Origin: Opitutales bacterium
Lineage (GTDB): Bacteria; Verrucomicrobiota; Verrucomicrobiia; Opitutales; UBA9783
Length of the DNA: 32,000 nucleotides
Assembly (NCBI GenBank): GCA_046881885.1
Contig: JBKSMP010000018.1
Coordinates: 1-32,000, forward strand
Direction: 5' to 3'
In this document: positions 27,952 to 32,000 of the stretch, piece after piece
Layout of the letters: every line of letters begins with the position of its first letter
Position numbering within the stretch: the stretch's first letter is position 1
Translations under genes and position numbers: made by a program
The notes under the pieces: generated by a model
What the model saw: the letters and a program-made list of their open reading frames with translations, nothing else
What the model was told of the DNA's origin: nothing
Database searches by the model: none

Positions 27952-29333
27952 TGTTTACTGCTTAATTTCTGTTGTAAAAATTGTAAGGTTCGCTTGGTTG
28001 TCGGCTCTTGTTGTAAGGCATTCTCAACGCTTTTGCAAGCATGGATAACCGTTCCATGATCTCTACCTCCAAAGGCAATCCCAATTTCTTGTAAAGACGC
28101 TGGCGTTAGAATACGACATAAGTACATTGCCACTTGTCGAGGAAATGCGATATTGGCCGGACGTTTTTTACTCAAAAGATCGGCAAGCGATAAATGATAA
28201 AAATCACAAATACCTTTCTGAATGTCTTCTATCGTTACTTGGGCAGCTAACTCTTCTTGCAAAATATCTTGTAGCATGCTTTCTACTTTTTCTACCGATA
28301 AAGCCGTCGTGTGCAAAAGCTTCTGATACCCTAAAATGCGATTTAATGCACCCTCCATACGCCGTACATTTTTTGTAACACGTTCGGCTAGGAAATCGAT
28401 AACATCCGTCTCTAAGACAAGGTTCATTGACTGTGCTTTTTTGGTAAGAATCGCGACACGCGTCTCAAAATCCGGTGGCTGGATATCACACACCAAACCC
28501 CATTGAAAACGAGAAACAAGACGATTTTCCAGTTTAGCAATTTCAGAAGCAGGCCGATCACTACATAAGAAAATCTGGCGCTGCGATTCAAAAAGTTCGT
28601 TAAATGTATGGAAAAATTCTTCTTGTATGCGCTCTTTTCCGGCTAAAAAGTGAATATCGTCAATGAGCAAAACATCAGCTCCGCGATATTTTTTCCTGAA
28701 CTTTGATAACTGATTTTCTTGAATAGCATAAATAAAGTCATTCGTAAAACGTTCTGTCGTAATATAAATAACTTTAGCATTGGGCTGATTCTTTAAGACA
28801 TGATGTCCTACAGCCTGCATCAAGTGTGTTTTACCCAATCCCGTATTTCCGTAGAGAAATAAAGGATTATAAGCTCGTCCAGGAGCATTTGCTACGGCTA
28901 CAGCTGCAGCATGTGCCAATTGACTACCGGCCCCTACAATAAAATTCTCAAAGGTATTTTGCGGACTCAACCCTTGTCCCGAAGTTAACTGGCCTGAAGC
29001 ATTTGCGGTTTTTATTGCCTTTGCAACAGGTTTTGTCGTAATAGCCGCTTGCGGTGCTGTTGCCGAAACCTTTGTTTCGTGGGTCTTAAACTCTAACACA
29101 AGTGGATGTTCCGTTAATTGAGCCAGCTTTTTTTCCAAAATTTCTTGGTAGTTGTTTTGCAACCAAAGTGTTGCAAACTCGTTACTCGTAAGAAGAATCA
29201 TCTTACCCTCAGGAGCTTCCGGATCACACTCTAAAGGCTTGAACCAAGTATTAAAAATATCGTTTGAGAAAACTACCTTTAATTGTTCCTGTAAAGCCTT
29301 CCAAAGTTCAAGTATGGGTGTATTCTGTATCAT
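27948..29333 (-). CDS. dnaA: chromosomal replication initiator DnaA
   Basis: AAA+ Walker A GNTGLGKTHL, Walker B LLIDDIHF, and a C-terminal DNA-binding region (FPRQVAMYL...SL..IG..FGGRDHGTV.HA). ATG at 29333 (MIQNTPILELW...) is preferred. A GTG at 29342 is the alternative. Confidence 0.93.
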   Translation of the reverse strand: MIQNTPILELWKALQEQLKVVFSNDIFNTWFKPLECDPEAPEGKMILLTSNEFATLWLQNNYQEILEKKLAQLTEHPLVLEFKTHETKVSATAPQAAITTKPVAKAIKTANASGQLTSGQGLSPQNTFENFIVGAGSQLAHAAAVAVANAPGRAYNPLFLYGNTGLGKTHLMQAVGHHVLKNQPNAKVIYITTERFTNDFIYAIQENQLSKFRKKYRGADVLLIDDIHFLAGKERIQEEFFHTFNELFESQRQIFLCSDRPASEIAKLENRLVSRFQWGLVCDIQPPDFETRVAILTKKAQSMNLVLETDVIDFLAERVTKNVRRMEGALNRILGYQKLLHTTALSVEKVESMLQDILQEELAAQVTIEDIQKGICDFYHLSLADLLSKKRPANIAFPRQVAMYLCRILTPASLQEIGIAFGGRDHGTVIHACKSVENALQQEPTTKRTLQFLQQKLSSKQ

Positions 29334-29342
29334 AAAACGCAC

Positions 29343-29659
29343 AAGTTGTTCACAATTACTACCAAGCGATCTTATTCCTTAAGTAAAACGATTTAAATTA
29401 AATCCCCAATAGTGTTCAAAAAATTGAACCATCTGCATTATTCCTGATAAACTACACACTTTTTGAACCTATTAAAAACTTTTTTAAAAAATGGAAGCAA
29501 CACTTTTTTGACATGAGAATAATAAAATCCTATTTTTTATAGGAATGCAAGATGAAGTTTTTTACAAGTTATTCACAATATACTTCTTTATGAGAATTGA
29601 TGCTTGTTTTTAGCTGTAAAAAATTTTTTAATTCTATCGTTTGAAAGAAAATAAGCTAC
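29343..29659. promoter_or_regulatory. candidate oriC / dnaA promoter region
   Basis: The 317-bp AT-rich spacer sits exactly where gene orientation switches from minus to plus. It holds one relaxed-consensus DnaA box TTATTCACA (29568..29576) and one 7/9 box TTGTTCACA (29346..29354). It also holds the palindromes GTTCAAAAAATTGAAC and TCCTATTTTTTATAGGA and long A/T tracts. Confidence 0.45.
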
Positions 29660-30181
29660 ATGATGAACCCCTTTTTGCCAGAATCATTTTTTGAACGATC
29701 TGCGATTGTTGTCGCTCAAGAACTCATAGGTTGTTTGCTATGTCGCAAACTTAATGAAAAGATACTCGCATTTCCTATTCTAGAAACAGAAGCTTATCTA
29801 GGTAGTGAAGATTTAGCATCGCATGCACGTTTCGGGAAAACACAACGGAATGCTCCTATGTTTGGACCAGCAGGCCATTGGTATATCTATCTTTGTTATG
29901 GTATGCATTCTATGCTCAATATCGTTACAGGTCCTGAAAACCAACCCAGCGCCGTTCTCATTCGCACGATTGAAGGCATTCAAGGTCCAGGACGATTGAC
30001 GCGAGCGCTTTCAATCCATCGAGATTTTAATAATCAACTTTGTCATCCTCAAACAGATCTTTGGATTGCTCCCGCTATACAAACCTATACAATTAAAGCA
30101 AGCCCTCGTATTGGTATTGATTATGCCGGACCCATTTGGCGAGAAAAACCTTATCGTTTTGTAGCAAACTTATCTCTCTAA
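29660..30181 (+). CDS. mpg: DNA-3-methyladenine glycosylase (Mpg/AAG family)
   Basis: The family pattern is present: VAQELIG..L......I.ETEAY.G.EDLASHA..GKT.RN..MFGP.GH.Y.YL.YGMH.MLNIV...E....AVLIR..E...GPGRLT.AL.I, plus a C-terminal PRIG(I)DYAG. Confidence 0.88.
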   Translation: MMNPFLPESFFERSAIVVAQELIGCLLCRKLNEKILAFPILETEAYLGSEDLASHARFGKTQRNAPMFGPAGHWYIYLCYGMHSMLNIVTGPENQPSAVLIRTIEGIQGPGRLTRALSIHRDFNNQLCHPQTDLWIAPAIQTYTIKASPRIGIDYAGPIWREKPYRFVANLSL

Positions 30182-30279
30182 TTAAGTACCACCAAACGTA
30201 TTTAAAACAATTGGTATACAACTAAAATGGTAAAAACCTGCCTTCAACACTTAGAAAATCTTTACTAAATAATAAAACG

Positions 30280-30313
30280 GGGTGCGTAGACCACTTGCTA
30301 AATCTACGCACCC
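30280..30313 (-). terminator. orphan hairpin, terminator-like on the minus strand
   Basis: gggtgcgtaga-(12 nt)-tctacgcaccc forms a perfect 11-bp GC-rich stem. On the minus strand it is followed by CGTTTTATTATTT, and on the plus strand no T-tract follows. No annotated minus-strand gene lies upstream of it. Confidence 0.4.
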
Positions 30314-30418
30314 ACTGTAGGACACTCTTTGCTTTTAACGAACACCTTGCATACATCAAGGCCTTACTTACCACAAAAACTAATACATATTGTGGACATG
30401 TTTTTATAGAAATCAACT

Positions 30419-30454
30419 AAAAAATAATACTTTTTTAAAAAAATAATACTTTTT
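30419..30454. repeat. tandem AT-rich direct repeat, A6-7 TAATAC T5-6, two adjacent copies
   Basis: aaaaaataatactttttt / aaaaaaataatacttttt. Related AAAAACTAATAC lies at 30376..30387 and AAAAAAATAC at 30591..30600. Confidence 0.7.
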
Positions 30455-30667
30455 AAATGTTTTTTGAGAAAAATCCCACCCAAATATACATAAAAACTTA
30501 AAATTATAAGTTTTTGTGTGCAACACAGAGCGAAAAACAAGTCAAAAACCAAAAGAGGTGTATTTTTTCTAGTATTTATGCGGCTTTTGCAAAAAAATAC
30601 TCAAAAATTACTAGAAATTAAATAAAAAACTTTACTTTTTATATCAAATCATGTTTAATCTTTAAGA

Positions 30668-31333
30668 ATGGTTTTAGAGTCGAGCAGTGGAGGTGATGAC
30701 GTAATAAATTTCCCTATCGGGAAAAATATAAGGCAGCTCATGGCTTGCGCCAAAATGAGTGAAGCCGATTTATGTCGAGGTGTTAACTTACCGCAAACAA
30801 CGGTTAATCGATTGTTGTCGGGCCATACAACAGATCCGCGCATCAACACTTTAGTTGCTATAGCGCAGTTTTTCGAAGTTAGTTTGGAACAGTTATTGGG
30901 ATTTGAGGTACTCACTCCTAATAATTTGGGTTTTTCTACTCGAGGTTGTATTCTACCGATTATCAATTGGAGACATTTGAAAGGATGGTTATATAATGAC
31001 GCAGACGTTTCAAATGAATTACATCGTTGGATAAAAACGGAACGTAACTTCAATGAACATTCATTTGCTTTGCCAGCACCCGCAGCATGTACTCAGGTGT
31101 TTGGGGAAGAAGGCCTGCTTCTTATGAATCGTTTACAATCAAATGATTTTGAAGACGGCAAGATTGTTTTATTGGAGCAAGATACCGAATTTTATCTCAG
31201 AAAGGTATTACGTGAAGGTTCACAATTGTTTGCAAAACGTTTATTTCATCCTTATGAAATTACGCTATTGCCAAAAAATGTTATCTTTCATGCTTGCGTT
31301 TCTGAAATTCGCAATGAGAAAACGTCTGTTTAA
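30668..31333 (+). CDS. XRE-family HTH protein with CI/LexA (S24)-like C-terminal domain lacking the canonical Ser motif
   Basis: The N-terminal IGKNIRQLMACAKMSEADLCRGVNLPQTTVNRLLSGHTTDPRINTLVAIAQFFEVSLEQLLG is a typical XRE HTH. The C-terminal half aligns by eye with the lambda CI C-terminal domain (ILPIINW.., FYLRKVLREGSQLFAKRL). The stop overlaps the rsmG start (TAATG). No SD lies upstream. Confidence 0.72.
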   Translation: MVLESSSGGDDVINFPIGKNIRQLMACAKMSEADLCRGVNLPQTTVNRLLSGHTTDPRINTLVAIAQFFEVSLEQLLGFEVLTPNNLGFSTRGCILPIINWRHLKGWLYNDADVSNELHRWIKTERNFNEHSFALPAPAACTQVFGEEGLLLMNRLQSNDFEDGKIVLLEQDTEFYLRKVLREGSQLFAKRLFHPYEITLLPKNVIFHACVSEIRNEKTSV

Positions 31334-31941
31334 TGGATAGATTTAAACCTTTTCTTCCACAAGTTACAGAGCTTCAATGGCAGCAACTGCATCATTATAA
31401 AGATCTGCTTCTTGAGTGGAATGAAAAGGTTAATCTAATCTCTAGAAAAGATACAGAATTTTTATTTGAAAAACACATTTTACCAGCGCTACCTGCTATT
31501 ACATTGCGCTGTTTTGAACCCCTAAAGACGATTTTAGACGTAGGAACAGGTGGAGGCATTCCGGGTATTCCGCTTGCAATTCTTTTTCCAGATAAACAGT
31601 TTACCTTGTTAGATGCGACACATAAGAAAATTGAAGCGGTTGAAGCCATGTCAAAGGCCCTGCAATTGAAAAATGTTCGTACACAATGGGAGCGATTAGA
31701 AAACACAAAAGAAAAGTATGATGGTATTGTAGGACGTGGCGTGACTGCATTTGTTGAGTTTATCCAAATGACGCGTCATTATTTAAAAAACAAATCGTCA
31801 ACGATTATTTATTGGACTGGAGGCGAAATGTCTACCCTACTCCCCAATGGTTCTTTAAAAAGACAAACGCACTACCTCTTTCTAGACCAATTTTTCAAGC
31901 AAGAATTTTGCGCCACCAAGAAAATTTTATGGTGGACCTAA
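31333..31941 (+). CDS. rsmG: 16S rRNA (guanine527-N7)-methyltransferase RsmG (GidB)
   Basis: LLEWNEKVNLISRKD....EKHILPAL and the SAM-binding ILDVGTGGGIPGIPLAI. The protein is 202 aa. Confidence 0.9.
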   Translation: MDRFKPFLPQVTELQWQQLHHYKDLLLEWNEKVNLISRKDTEFLFEKHILPALPAITLRCFEPLKTILDVGTGGGIPGIPLAILFPDKQFTLLDATHKKIEAVEAMSKALQLKNVRTQWERLENTKEKYDGIVGRGVTAFVEFIQMTRHYLKNKSSTIIYWTGGEMSTLLPNGSLKRQTHYLFLDQFFKQEFCATKKILWWT

Positions 31942-32000
31942 TTTCCTCTATCAAGTTTTAAATTAAAAGGCTTGTAAATCGTCGATAAAAGTCATCAAAT

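Noticed and set aside
30222-30552. Small minus-strand ORFs (64 aa and 62 aa, hydrophobic) as candidate small membrane protein or type I toxin upstream of the orphan terminator
   Set aside because: The 62-aa ORF starts with TTG and has no SD. Both are Phe/Leu/Ile/Lys-rich, as expected from translating a T-rich strand. They are kept only as a possibility inside the intergenic finding.

Overview
AT-rich bacterial chromosomal segment that looks like the neighbourhood of the replication origin. dnaA lies on the minus strand at 27948..29333 and rsmG on the plus strand at 31333..31941. Gene orientation flips at about 29.3-29.7 kb: almost everything to the left is on the minus strand and everything to the right is on the plus strand.

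Most content is core housekeeping and anaerobic fermentation:
- A monomeric [FeFe]-hydrogenase next to adhE (965..5222).
- The H-cluster maturase operon hydG-hydF-hydE (22408..26071), about 20 kb from the structural gene.
- thyA-folA, lysS, priA and a XerC/D-type recombinase.
- A DAACS symporter, an O-antigen-ligase-like membrane protein, rseP, floA and an Mpg-type DNA glycosylase.
- RNA genes, all on the minus strand: tRNA-Phe(GAA), tRNA-Arg(CCU), RNase P RNA (rnpB) and tRNA-Asp(GUC).

I saw no CRISPR array, transposase, integrase-bounded island or recognisable defence system.

The parts not explained by standard annotation are:
1. A paralogous family of signal-peptide proteins flanking hydA-adhE. 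One copy is missing from the ORF track because it runs off the left edge.
2. A floA / small membrane protein / M50-like protein operon in which the M50 catalytic Glu is replaced (HHWGH instead of HExxH). It sits divergent to a canonical rseP.
3. An uncharacterised 155-aa ORF coupled to dnaA by an ATGA overlap and followed by thyA-folA. There is no dnaN.
4. A CI/LexA-like HTH protein lacking the canonical Ser motif and coupled to rsmG. Upstream of it is a 486-bp non-coding region with tandem AT-rich repeats and an orphan minus-strand terminator.
5. A long, animal-type UDP-glucose dehydrogenase.

The taxon cannot be determined from the sequence alone. All functional calls rest on by-eye motif recognition and no searches were run.
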